A DNA stretch of 62,702 bases from an uncultured Candidatus Saccharibacteria bacterium (GTDB lineage: Bacteria > Patescibacteriota > Minisyncoccia > Phycocordibacterales > UBA1006). The position numbers and the translations under genes were made by a program. The stretch is from positions 1 through 62,702 of the forward strand of contig CAYGJA010000002.1 in assembly GCA_964350165.1 (NCBI GenBank), in the 5' to 3' direction. Shown here in pieces: positions 7,441 to 16,783 of this stretch. The notes beneath the pieces were generated by a model. It was not told where the DNA came from and did no database searches. It saw only the letters and a program-made list of their open reading frames with translations. Numbering within the stretch: position 1 is the stretch's first letter; each line of letters starts with the position of its first letter.

Positions 7441-9942
7441 ATGCCCAACAAAAAAAACCGAACTAAACACTTACTCCTTAATGGTTTTTTAATACTTTTT
7501 GGTATTGGACTATTGAGTATTAGCGCGCTTCTTATTTGGTTTAGCGGGTTAACACTCCCCAACCTAGACACTTTTGACCAACGAAGAGTTACTACTTCCA
7601 CAAAAATATATGACCGAACTGGAGAAACTCTGCTTTTTGACTTCCACGAAGACGTAACCAGAACCGTAGTCACCGCTGACAAAATAAGCACTTACGCCAA
7701 ACAAGCAGCAGTGGCCATCGAAGACGCTCGTTTTTATCAACATAAAGGAGTAGAACCAAGAGCTATTGCCAGAGCCATCCTGACCAACATCAAAAACGGA
7801 AACCTCTTGGGTGGACAAGGGGGGTCGACCATTACCCAGCAGGTAATCAAGAACGCATTGCTTACCAGCGACAAACGAGTCTCTCGAAAACTCAAAGAAT
7901 GGGTGCTTTCGCTTCGTCTGGAACAAGAATACAACAAAGACCAGATCCTAGCCCTTTATCTCAACGAAATTCCCTATGGGGGAACAATCTATGGCATCGA
8001 AGAAGCTAGTCAGGGTTTTTTTAGAAAACCAGCACTCGACCTCACCCTAGCCGAATCGGCATACTTGGCGGCCATACCCCAAGCACCAACTCGATACTCC
8101 CCCTTTGGAAACAATACCGAAATACTCGACGCAAGAAAAAATACAGTATTACGTAACATGGAAAATCTCGGCTTTATCACCGCCGAAGAACGTGAGGCCG
8201 CTGAAGCCGAAGAAGTTACTTTTTCTGCGCCAACTTTTTCACAGAACAGCGCTCTTCATTTTGTGCAGTACGTGCGTGAATATCTAGAATCAAAATATGG
8301 CCGAGACGCAGTGCTCAACGATGGTTTGCGAGTAATCACAACTCTTGATTTTGAATTGCAACAAAAAGCAGAAGAACTTGTTTTGAGAAATGCCCTAGAA
8401 AACGAAGAAGTCTATGATGCCGAAAACCAAGGCCTCGTCGCCATCGAAGCAAAAACCGGTCAAGTAATAACCATGGTGGGTTCTCGTGATTACGAAGACA
8501 GCGCCATTGATGGTAATTTCAATATTGCCCTGGCCAAACGACAGCCTGGTTCTTCTTTTAAACCTTTTATCTATGCAACTGCTTTTTCTGAAGGATACAC
8601 CGACGAAACCATTCTGTTCGACACCAAGACGCAATTCTCAACTGCAAGTGGTTGTTCTCCAGAAAATCTAACCAGTGGTGGAGATTGCTATTCACCAAGC
8701 AACTATGACGGCAAAGAACAGGGCCCCTTAACCCTTCGCAACGCCTTAGCTCAATCAAGAAACATACCAGCTGTAAAACTTCTCTATCTGGTTGGTATTA
8801 AAGACGCCATTGCCACAGCAAGATCCGCAGGTATCACCACACTTTCTTCTGACCCCGATCAATATGGACTAACACTTGTTTTGGGAGGCGGTGAAGTCAG
8901 CTTGCTCGACATGACTTCCGCCTATACCACCTTTGCCAACGAAGGCATGCGAGTAGAACCAAAAATTATTCTTCGCGTAGAAAACCACACCGGAGAACTG
9001 CTCGAAGAATTCATTCCCAACAAAAGACAAGTACTTGATCAGGAAGCAGTCCGCACTCTTAACAGCATATTATCTGACAATACAGCCCGCAGCCCACTAT
9101 TTGGTAGTCGTTCTTTTATGTATTTTGGCGAAAACACTGATATCGCAGCCAAAACAGGTACCACCAACGACAACCGAGACGCCTGGCTTGTTGGTTACAG
9201 TAGCGAACTGGCGGTTGGGGTATGGTCAGGAAACAACGACAACAGCAAGATGACCAAGGGTTCTTCCATCTCCGGAAAAAGCTGGCGAGAATTCTTCCTG
9301 GAGGCAAATAAAAAATACCCTCCAAAAGCATTTACCAAACCCAGTCTCAATACGGCCACAAAACCCATTCTCCGCGGAGAATGGCGTGGAGGTGACACCT
9401 ACACCATAGACGTCATTAGCGGCAAGCTAGCGACCGAATACACCCCTTCTGCGGCTCGTTTCGATCTAGTAATAACCAACCCTCACTCTATTCTGCACTG
9501 GATACAGCCAGGTGACCCAACCGGGCCAGCCCCAGAAAACCCAAGCAGTGCCCAATACTTACGATGGGAATACGGCGTACAAAAATGGCTTCAAGAAAAT
9601 GAGCCAGAATTACTAACGTCCACAACCGCAATCCCCAGCGAATATGATGATGTTCATGTCCCTGGCAAGGAGCCAAAAATAGACATCTCCCATCTACAGA
9701 GCACGATTCTTCTGGCTGGAAATCCTATTACCTTGCAACCCGTTATCGATTCTCAACAGCCAGTCTCCAAAGTATCTTATTACCTCAACAACAAATTCAT
9801 TGGCAGTTCGATTAATGAACCTTTTGCCATTACTTATGTCCCCCAAGAAAACGACATCCTCACAGAAGGACCCAACACCATCAAGGCAATTCTCACTGAC
9901 GCCATCCTATACACAACAGAAAGCACGGTAGTTGTTAACTAA
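7441..9942 (+). CDS. Class A penicillin-binding protein (transglycosylase-transpeptidase) with C-terminal Ig-like domain
   Basis: AIEDARFY, GGSTITQQ, RKLKE transglycosylase motifs; SSFK, SRN and KTG transpeptidase motifs. Confidence 0.93.
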   Translation: MPNKKNRTKHLLLNGFLILFGIGLLSISALLIWFSGLTLPNLDTFDQRRVTTSTKIYDRTGETLLFDFHEDVTRTVVTADKISTYAKQAAVAIEDARFYQHKGVEPRAIARAILTNIKNGNLLGGQGGSTITQQVIKNALLTSDKRVSRKLKEWVLSLRLEQEYNKDQILALYLNEIPYGGTIYGIEEASQGFFRKPALDLTLAESAYLAAIPQAPTRYSPFGNNTEILDARKNTVLRNMENLGFITAEEREAAEAEEVTFSAPTFSQNSALHFVQYVREYLESKYGRDAVLNDGLRVITTLDFELQQKAEELVLRNALENEEVYDAENQGLVAIEAKTGQVITMVGSRDYEDSAIDGNFNIALAKRQPGSSFKPFIYATAFSEGYTDETILFDTKTQFSTASGCSPENLTSGGDCYSPSNYDGKEQGPLTLRNALAQSRNIPAVKLLYLVGIKDAIATARSAGITTLSSDPDQYGLTLVLGGGEVSLLDMTSAYTTFANEGMRVEPKIILRVENHTGELLEEFIPNKRQVLDQEAVRTLNSILSDNTARSPLFGSRSFMYFGENTDIAAKTGTTNDNRDAWLVGYSSELAVGVWSGNNDNSKMTKGSSISGKSWREFFLEANKKYPPKAFTKPSLNTATKPILRGEWRGGDTYTIDVISGKLATEYTPSAARFDLVITNPHSILHWIQPGDPTGPAPENPSSAQYLRWEYGVQKWLQENEPELLTSTTAIPSEYDDVHVPGKEPKIDISHLQSTILLAGNPITLQPVIDSQQPVSKVSYYLNNKFIGSSINEPFAITYVPQENDILTEGPNTIKAILTDAILYTTESTVVVN

Positions 9943-9946
9943 AAAA

Positions 9947-10186
9947 TCAACGAATAGCCAAAATGGTGATTCCTTTGGTTGCAAGATGTTCACACAAGCG
10001 CCTCCCATCTTGTAAAAGCCTTTTTTTAATAAGAGGCTGAGCTGCAACAAAAAGAACACCGCCCTTGAGAGAGATTGCTTTTCTCTCTAGTGAGTATTCA
10101 TATTCTTGCAATAAAAAAGCAACCACCACATCTCTCACGACAATTTCTTCAGAGAAATATTTTTTCTTTGTTTCAAAATTATTCAC
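9947..10186 (-). CDS. Small protein downstream of dnaN, DciA/DUF721-like
   Basis: Co-oriented after dnaN; 'LKGGVLFVAAQPLIKKRL' resembles the DciA beta-alpha core. Confidence 0.45.
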   Translation of the reverse strand: MNNFETKKKYFSEEIVVRDVVVAFLLQEYEYSLERKAISLKGGVLFVAAQPLIKKRLLQDGRRLCEHLATKGITILAIR

Positions 10187-10201
10187 AAAAGATTAACCGA
10201 A

Positions 10202-11305
10202 CTAACGATTCATTGGCATAACAAGGTACGTAAAGGTCTTGTCAGAGACACCACGCACGACAACTGGCTTTCTTTCACCAGCAAAAAGAATTTCTACACT
10301 GTCATCATGGATAGACTGAAAACCATCCAGTAAATAGCGGTGATTTAATCGAGCGGTTAGCTCTTGTCCCTTGAGCGCAGCCACGACACTCACACTTCCC
10401 GATCCTGTATCAGAATTAGCAGCACTGATGGTGAATTTTTTCTGCTCAGGATTAATTTCAATATCCAATTGTTGGAACTTGTCAGAAAACAAAGTAACCA
10501 ATTTAAGCTGGTCAACCAATTCTTGCTTGAGCACCACCCCCTCTGACTGAAACTCCGACGGAATAATGAGTCGATAATCAGGGAACGATCCATCCACCAA
10601 CCGCTGTGTTACTCGTGCAGTACGCCCCACAAATTCCACTAGGTTGTCCCCAACCACAACCTGAAGCACTTCGTCTTCATTTTCAAAAATACGAACCACT
10701 TCCTGAATAGAAGCAGCCGACAGTAGAAGGGGGTCAATCTCTACTCCATTTAAAACATCAGAAAAACGCTTCTCTGCCAAACGAAAGGAGTCAGTAGCCA
10801 CAAAAACCACATCCTCGTTGTCTTTATATATATAAACACTAGCAATCTCTGGCTTAATATCATTGGTGGCGGCACTGTAGGCAACTGATTTTACTCCACC
10901 AACCAGAACTTCGACCGGCAATTCCACCTTGTCTCCTTCTTCGACATGCGGAAGCGTTGGAAAGTCGTCAGCTGGATAGATCTGGATAGAAGCCTTGAGC
11001 CCTTCGGAAGAAATCTTCATCTCTCCTTCTGTGGCCAGTAGTAATATTTTGTCCACCCGCTTTACTTGCTGCAATATCTGCAACAGCAGGCCACCATCTA
11101 TGGCTACACGTCCTTGCTCGGATACTTTGGCGGATAAAGAGACCTCTACCCCTACCCCCAGATTTGTAGCCTTTAGCTGTAACTGATTCCCTTCTGTTTC
11201 CAAAAGAACCTTGGTGAGTATTGGAAGACTCAGATTTTTGCGAGAAACCTTTTCGGTATTTTGAAGGGCTTGTATTAATTTTTCTCGACTACATTCTATC
11301 TGCAT
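10202..11305 (-). CDS. dnaN: DNA polymerase III beta sliding clamp
   Basis: LPILT, ATDSFRLAE, GSFPDY, C-terminal YLVMPM; 367 aa downstream of dnaA. Confidence 0.97.
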   Translation of the reverse strand: MQIECSREKLIQALQNTEKVSRKNLSLPILTKVLLETEGNQLQLKATNLGVGVEVSLSAKVSEQGRVAIDGGLLLQILQQVKRVDKILLLATEGEMKISSEGLKASIQIYPADDFPTLPHVEEGDKVELPVEVLVGGVKSVAYSAATNDIKPEIASVYIYKDNEDVVFVATDSFRLAEKRFSDVLNGVEIDPLLLSAASIQEVVRIFENEDEVLQVVVGDNLVEFVGRTARVTQRLVDGSFPDYRLIIPSEFQSEGVVLKQELVDQLKLVTLFSDKFQQLDIEINPEQKKFTISAANSDTGSGSVSVVAALKGQELTARLNHRYLLDGFQSIHDDSVEILFAGERKPVVVRGVSDKTFTYLVMPMNR

Positions 11306-11570
11306 AACTTTTATATTATTTAATTAATTTATTTACTATTACTACTATTAGCCCTGTGGATGAAGTGGATAAACTGCTGGCGGTTTTATTTATCAAGCCG
11401 ATTTCTTTCTGGTTGGTTGGGATAAGTCCTGGGTTTTCTTGGGAGCAGTGTGGGGATAGTGTGGATGAGATTGGGTACAAAGCTGTTCGATGGGGATAAG
11501 TCCGTTCTTTTTAACAATGGACACACATATTTTGTACGGTTTATAAACATTTTTTTACGAGTTATCCCCT
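11306..11570. other. oriC (dnaA-dnaN part): AT-rich DUE, DnaA-trios, DnaA boxes
   Basis: Boxes at 11355 TGTGGATGA, 11364 AGTGGATAA, 11460 TGTGGATGA, 11491 TGGGGATAA, 11562 TTATCCCCT; trios 11334-11351; AT-rich 11306-11333; GC skew switches across this region. Confidence 0.85.
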
Positions 11571-12909
11571 AGGTTGTTAACATTGCGCGTAACTGCTCGA
11601 TGTCTTGGTTGAGATTAGGATTGTTATCGAGATCTCCTTTAATTTTTGTATAAGAATGAATCACCGTGGTGTGATCTCTTCCACCGAGCTCTTTGCCTAT
11701 CATTGGGTACGAGATATTGAAGTCTTCTCGGAGAAGATACATCACAACCTGTCGCGAGAGAACGACCTCTTTTCTTCTGGTTTTTTCATAAATCATCTCC
11801 TCTTCGATGTTGTAATAGTCGGCTATTATTTTTACAACTTCTCGAATAGATATGTTTCGCTTGGGTTTAACGTTGTTTTTGATGAGTGATTTTACTTCAC
11901 GGAGGTTGGGGGTGCGGCCTTTTACTTGAGTCTGTACCATAAGCGAATTGAGTATCCCCTCTAGTTCTCGTATGTTCCCTTGTACACTCGAGGCAATGTG
12001 GTCAAGCACGTCAGCATCAATAATAAAACCACTTTCTTGGGCTTTGGCTCGCAAGATGGCTAACTTTGATTCGAATTCTGGGCTTTGCACATCAACAATC
12101 ATTCCAGCACTAAAGCGTGATTTTAGGCGTTCTTCAAGGCCGATAATGAAGTTCGGGTGTTTGTCAGAAGAAAAGATAATTTGCTTGTTTTTGTCGTAGA
12201 GAATATTGAAGAGATGAAAGAGTTCTTCTTGGGTTTTATCTTTTCCTGACAAAAATTGAATGTCGTCCATGATCAAGACATCAAATTTGCGATATTTGTC
12301 TTTAAAGCTGTTTATTTTGTCATTACGAATGGCACTGACCAGCTCCATGGTGAAGTTCTCTGAACTAGTATAGTAGATAGTTGCTTCGGGGTGGTGTTGT
12401 TTGATGGTGTTCCCTACTGCTTGAATAAGGTGGGTTTTTCCGAGGCCGGTTGGTCCATAGATGAATAGAGGGTTGTAGATACCTGGCTTGGCAATAATTG
12501 CCTTTGAGGCCGAATAGGCTAGTTCATTAAAGGGCCCGATAATAAAGTTATCGAATTGATAACGTGGGTTCAGATTGTCTTTTTTGTTGATGAAGTGGCT
12601 ACGCAACGGCAGTTCGTGAGCCTGAGGGCTTGGTGTTCTGCGTTGCTGTCTAGATTTTCCTTTTTTGGTGACCACATATTCAACACTTCTTACTTTGTCG
12701 TTGCAATTACGCAGTGCTCGCAATATATTAGCGTGGTACTTCGTGTGTAGCCATTCTTTTACGAAATCATTAGGAACTCCCACGTAGATAGTTCCCCTAT
12801 CTTCTTTGGTGATGTGGGTGTTCTTGAACCAGGTTGTAAAGTTTGCGGGTGATACGGTTAATTCTATTTCAGCTAACGTGTCATCCCAGATTTTTTTTGT
12901 ATCTATCAT
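11569..12909 (-). CDS. dnaA: Chromosomal replication initiator DnaA
   Basis: YQFDNF, YNPLFIYGPTGLGKTHL, DVLIMDDIQF, RLKSRF, GGRDHTTV. Confidence 0.98.
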   Translation of the reverse strand: MIDTKKIWDDTLAEIELTVSPANFTTWFKNTHITKEDRGTIYVGVPNDFVKEWLHTKYHANILRALRNCNDKVRSVEYVVTKKGKSRQQRRTPSPQAHELPLRSHFINKKDNLNPRYQFDNFIIGPFNELAYSASKAIIAKPGIYNPLFIYGPTGLGKTHLIQAVGNTIKQHHPEATIYYTSSENFTMELVSAIRNDKINSFKDKYRKFDVLIMDDIQFLSGKDKTQEELFHLFNILYDKNKQIIFSSDKHPNFIIGLEERLKSRFSAGMIVDVQSPEFESKLAILRAKAQESGFIIDADVLDHIASSVQGNIRELEGILNSLMVQTQVKGRTPNLREVKSLIKNNVKPKRNISIREVVKIIADYYNIEEEMIYEKTRRKEVVLSRQVVMYLLREDFNISYPMIGKELGGRDHTTVIHSYTKIKGDLDNNPNLNQDIEQLRAMLTT

Positions 12910-12944
12910 TGCCTCCCGAGCTAACTAATCATGTAACTGGTTTG

Positions 12945-12993
12945 ATTATAATATGGGGATAACCTTGCAAAACTGTGGAAAAGATGGTGATAA
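12945..12993 (-). promoter_or_regulatory. dnaA promoter overlapped by DnaA boxes (upstream half of a bipartite origin)
   Basis: TATAAT at 12950-12945; TGGGGATAA 12954, TGTGGAAAA 12974, TGGTGATAA 12985. Confidence 0.65.
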
Positions 12994-13094
12994 CTGTGAA
13001 TCGCCCCTAAGGCAAAGACTTTCGGCAGGTAAATCCTTGCCATTTTGCAGTATTGAGGTATAGTCAACAGGCATTAAGTTATTACACTATTTGT

Positions 13095-13238
13095 ATGCCA
13101 AAGAGAACATACCAGCCAAGTAATACGAAACGAAGAAACAAGCACGGATTCCGGGCTCGTTTGGCGCACGCCATGCATATTCTTGTTCGTCGACGACGAA
13201 AAGGTCGTGCCCGCCTGGCTGTTTCAACAAAAAAATAA
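13095..13238 (+). CDS. rpmH: 50S ribosomal protein L34
   Basis: MPKRTYQPS...KHGFRAR...RRRKGRARL; divergent from dnaA. Confidence 0.95.
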   Translation: MPKRTYQPSNTKRRNKHGFRARLAHAMHILVRRRRKGRARLAVSTKK

Positions 13239-13271
13239 TACAGGCTACACTAATGGTAGTTAGCCAACCGT

Positions 13272-13601
13272 ATGATTCCTAAACAAAATCGCATTTCTCG
13301 AAATAAATTCCAGAATATTCTTCGTTCTGGAAAAGTGTTGAGAGGTGTGTATGTGACGGCTCATGCGGTCCCCTCTCCCCAGCCACGACTGGGGATTGTC
13401 GTTCCTAAAAAGAAAATCAAACAAGCTAGCACGCGTAATAGAATTAGGAGGGTCCTCTATGGTCTATACCAAGATTACCTCAATCATCAGACAGAGACAG
13501 CTGTATTTTCTTTGGTGCTTCGGGTCCATGCTCAGGTTGAGAACGAGGGTCTTTTTAAAAAAGATGTAATTGCCGTGCTGGACAAACTACATGCTAACTA
13601 G
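13272..13601 (+). CDS. rnpA: RNase P protein component
   Basis: [10 protein letters not shown] and RNRIRR motifs; synteny after rpmH. Confidence 0.88.
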   Translation: MIPKQNRISRNKFQNILRSGKVLRGVYVTAHAVPSPQPRLGIVVPKKKIKQASTRNRIRRVLYGLYQDYLNHQTETAVFSLVLRVHAQVENEGLFKKDVIAVLDKLHAN

Positions 13602-13821
13602 ATTGGCAACAAAAATAATCAAGCTCTATCAGTGGCTAAAAAAATATCAATCTCCCTATAAGACTTGTGTGTTTGAGCCTACTTGTTCTGCTTATGCGAT
13701 AACAGCTCTTGAGACCCATGGACTGTTTCGTGGTTTTTGGTTGGCCCTAAAAAGAATTGGTCGCTGTCACCCTTGGCAAAAAAACAAAGGCTGGGATCCT
13801 GTGCCACCAAGAAAACAATAA
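13591..13821 (+). CDS. yidD: Membrane protein insertion efficiency factor YidD
   Basis: [10 protein letters not shown]...RIGRCHPW...GWDPVP. Confidence 0.93.
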   Translation: MLTRLATKIIKLYQWLKKYQSPYKTCVFEPTCSAYAITALETHGLFRGFWLALKRIGRCHPWQKNKGWDPVPPRKQ

Positions 13822-13862
13822 GAAGTCTTTCATTCTTTGGGCTTTTTGTATAAGATGAAACA

Positions 13863-14639
13863 ATGATGCAGTTCTGGAACACAATTTTTTATCAACCACT
13901 CTACAATGCCCTTATTTTTTTGGTTGATGTTCTGCCTGGAGGTAGTCTGGCTTTGGCAATTGTGGTTTTGACTATTGTGGTCAAACTCATCCTCTTCCCT
14001 CTTTCTCAGCAGGCATTGAAAAACCAAATCATCCAAAAACGCCTACAGCCTTATGTTGAAAAAATAAGAGCTCGTTTTTCCGATAAACAAGAACAGGCAG
14101 CAAAGCTGATGGAGTTCTACAAACTAAATAAAACCAACCCTTTCTCTGGTTGTCTGTTGGTCTTGGTACAACTGCCTATTATCCTCGCTCTGTACCAGAC
14201 TTTTTTGCGTGGCGTTGATGCTAATCCTGACTTGCTGTATAACTTTGTACAGGCCCCGCAAGTGCTGGGAACTGTGTATTTGGGCGGCGCTCTTGATTTG
14301 GCCGAAGCCAGTATTTTTGTAGCTGTGCTTACCGGACTAGTGCAGTTGGTTCAAGTTCAATTTTCTCCTACATTCCGAAATGATAACGAAGAAAAGAAAG
14401 AAACAAAAAGTTTGCGTGACATGGATAACCCTGATGAAATGCAAGCTGCTCTTATGAAAAAAGTACAAAAAGGTATGCGTTACTTTGTGCCGGTAATGAT
14501 TACTTTTTTTGCCACATTGGTTCCGGCGGCCGTAGCGCTTTACTGGCTCGTGAGCAACTTATTCACTATTATCCAGGAGGTTGTTGTGGTGAATAGAATC
14601 AAAACCAGTGCAGTAGTTATGCCAGAAGGATATGAATAA
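13863..14639 (+). CDS. yidC: YidC/Oxa1 membrane insertase
   Basis: LTIVVKLILFPL, NPFSGCL..LVQLPI, ALYW motifs. Confidence 0.93.
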   Translation: MMQFWNTIFYQPLYNALIFLVDVLPGGSLALAIVVLTIVVKLILFPLSQQALKNQIIQKRLQPYVEKIRARFSDKQEQAAKLMEFYKLNKTNPFSGCLLVLVQLPIILALYQTFLRGVDANPDLLYNFVQAPQVLGTVYLGGALDLAEASIFVAVLTGLVQLVQVQFSPTFRNDNEEKKETKSLRDMDNPDEMQAALMKKVQKGMRYFVPVMITFFATLVPAAVALYWLVSNLFTIIQEVVVVNRIKTSAVVMPEGYE

Positions 14640-15099
14640 GATTAAGGAAGTACAAGCACTAGCAAAAAACCTCTTCACTCTCACCGGTATTCACATTCAG
14701 GATATCCAGGTGGTTACGGACCACGAATTGCAGACAATAGTCATTGACATCAAGACCCCTGAACATGGTCTTTTTTCTTATAATTATGGCGAATTACTCA
14801 AGGCAATGAATCACCTATTGCGTCGATTAGTGGAAAAAAGCCTAGAGGGTTCCGAATCAGAAGGTCTTGGGTATGTTTTAGACGTAAACAGCGAGCAAAC
14901 AAGGCGCCTAGCAGACTTAAAGGCGCGCTTGCGTTCAGTGGTCGAATCTGTGCGAAAAGCATCCACACCGATGGAATTAGAGCCCATGAGCTCGTATGAA
15001 CGCTTGATGGTGCACACCTTTTTGTCCTACCAGCCCGACGTGCAAACCGAATCCGTCGGAGAAGGTTTCGAGCGCAGAATAATTGTAAAACCTCTTTAA
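14632..15099 (+). CDS. Jag/EloR-like KH-R3H RNA-binding protein
   Basis: LEPMSSYERLMVH R3H motif, TESVGEG..RRI; synteny after yidC. Confidence 0.8.
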   Translation: MNKIKEVQALAKNLFTLTGIHIQDIQVVTDHELQTIVIDIKTPEHGLFSYNYGELLKAMNHLLRRLVEKSLEGSESEGLGYVLDVNSEQTRRLADLKARLRSVVESVRKASTPMELEPMSSYERLMVHTFLSYQPDVQTESVGEGFERRIIVKPL

Positions 15100-15116
15100 A
15101 GAAAATCCCCCTTCCC

Positions 15117-16766
15117 CTATTCTAAACGACCGTCAATACCGTCTATTTCGAGGCTCCAAGGTCTGCCTGTGTTTTTGTCTATAAAGTAGAGATAGTTTCC
15201 TTCAAAAGGATCGTATTGTAGGCTTGTGACATCCAAATTTTGATTGTTTTCTCTGATTGGATCGTAGAGTCGAAACGACTGAGCGTCAACCGTATTGGTG
15301 TACCAGAATTGATCACTGTATGTACTCTTACCCTGAAACCATTGATCTGGTTCCCCAACGCCGAGGCCATTTATTGGAGCGGCGCAGAATACTTGCGAGC
15401 TATCAGTGCTCCAGGTACATTTGTCTGCCAACGTAGAGAAAGGTAGAGAAGTTTCTTTTTTGCTCTGTATGTTGTAAAGACGGGTTCGAGTCTGCCTGTT
15501 GCCTGTATTCGCACTATAGAGAATGTGTGTGCCGTCAGGACTCACAAGAACCAGTAGACCCAGCTTGTCTCCCAAAATCTTGTCGAACCTCCCTGTTTGG
15601 GTGTCTAGAATATAAGCATAGCCAGCTACTTCGTTTGACGGTTTTGTTTGGAGGATTACCAGATCGTTGTTTATCCAATGGCCAATCCATTCACCAAATT
15701 CTGTTGAGAGGATGGTTTTGTTTGTTTGAAAAACGGTGTGATAAGATTCTATGTGATAAGGTTCTACTGGTGTTTTTTTTCGAATGGTCAAAAGCTCAGG
15801 GCCATCGGTGTTCAAGAGCGCAGTGTCTATGTTGGCCGAAATAAAATCTCCGCTCATTAGAGAGGACCTGGTTGCGATTTCCCTATTTTTTGCTTCTTCA
15901 CAAATATTTTTAAGTTCTTGTAAGTTGAGGCTGGTGATTGTACTTGTACTACTTAAAGCGTCTGCTGTACTAGTGGAATCTTGCAATAAGTCCATGTTCT
16001 CTATAAAAGTAGTCATGGCCAGGCCGAGGCTTTCGTCAAAAACATCTCCGGGTTCAATGGTGTATCCATATAAACCAGCTAGCGCATTTTTAGTGCCGGC
16101 TATCCCGGGATGAGTGTCGCCGAATGAAAAACTTCGGTCTACAGGTATTTCACAGGTTAGCTGGTTGTTTGTTTCCGGCACCTCCCCTACAAAGGTTTCT
16201 ATGAGGCTAGATCTTCGATCGTACCTTCTGGCAACAAGAATGTCTCCATTTTGATTAAAAAAAGATTCTCCAATATCGGGTATTTGTGTAGAAGACACTT
16301 GTTCTTCTGTGACGCTTGTTCCTTGTCGGATATCATAAATATGGCCACTAGTTCTTTCGTTGATGCGTATTTTTGGTGCTCGCAATACAGCTAAGGTATC
16401 AATTGGAATCTCTCCTCTAGCTTCGTTGTATGTGACAATACTGTTTTGGGTGGGATAAAAAATATCAGTAACAATGGGGACAAAATTTGAAGTGTCCCTG
16501 TTTGATATTAAGCGGAGTCTGTTTCTAAATAATGGTTGAAATTCGTCAGGTCTTAGCGGGCCGCCACTTTGGTTACCTGGCTCCGTTGGTGTTGGCTCCG
16601 GCTCTCTTTGTGAAGGGTTCCCAAAAGGAAAAAGATTGTCTGGACTAATATTTAGTTCATCGCTAAGAAAATCTCTAAGAAAAAGAAACCAGGATAAGAC
16701 TATGGCAATAAGTATTATTATAAGAATAATGACAATCTTTTTTTTCTTTTTGTTTTTATTTTCCAT
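15117..16766 (-). CDS. Membrane-anchored beta-propeller-like protein with a putative peptidoglycan-binding insert
   Basis: N-terminal basic stretch plus TM; VSPDG and WSTDS propeller-type repeats; FSFGDTHPGI...GDVFDESLGLAMTTF resembles PG_binding_1. Confidence 0.5.
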   Translation of the reverse strand: MENKNKKKKKIVIILIIILIAIVLSWFLFLRDFLSDELNISPDNLFPFGNPSQREPEPTPTEPGNQSGGPLRPDEFQPLFRNRLRLISNRDTSNFVPIVTDIFYPTQNSIVTYNEARGEIPIDTLAVLRAPKIRINERTSGHIYDIRQGTSVTEEQVSSTQIPDIGESFFNQNGDILVARRYDRRSSLIETFVGEVPETNNQLTCEIPVDRSFSFGDTHPGIAGTKNALAGLYGYTIEPGDVFDESLGLAMTTFIENMDLLQDSTSTADALSSTSTITSLNLQELKNICEEAKNREIATRSSLMSGDFISANIDTALLNTDGPELLTIRKKTPVEPYHIESYHTVFQTNKTILSTEFGEWIGHWINNDLVILQTKPSNEVAGYAYILDTQTGRFDKILGDKLGLLVLVSPDGTHILYSANTGNRQTRTRLYNIQSKKETSLPFSTLADKCTWSTDSSQVFCAAPINGLGVGEPDQWFQGKSTYSDQFWYTNTVDAQSFRLYDPIRENNQNLDVTSLQYDPFEGNYLYFIDKNTGRPWSLEIDGIDGRLE

Positions 16767-16783
16767 AGAATAACTTGTTTGGT

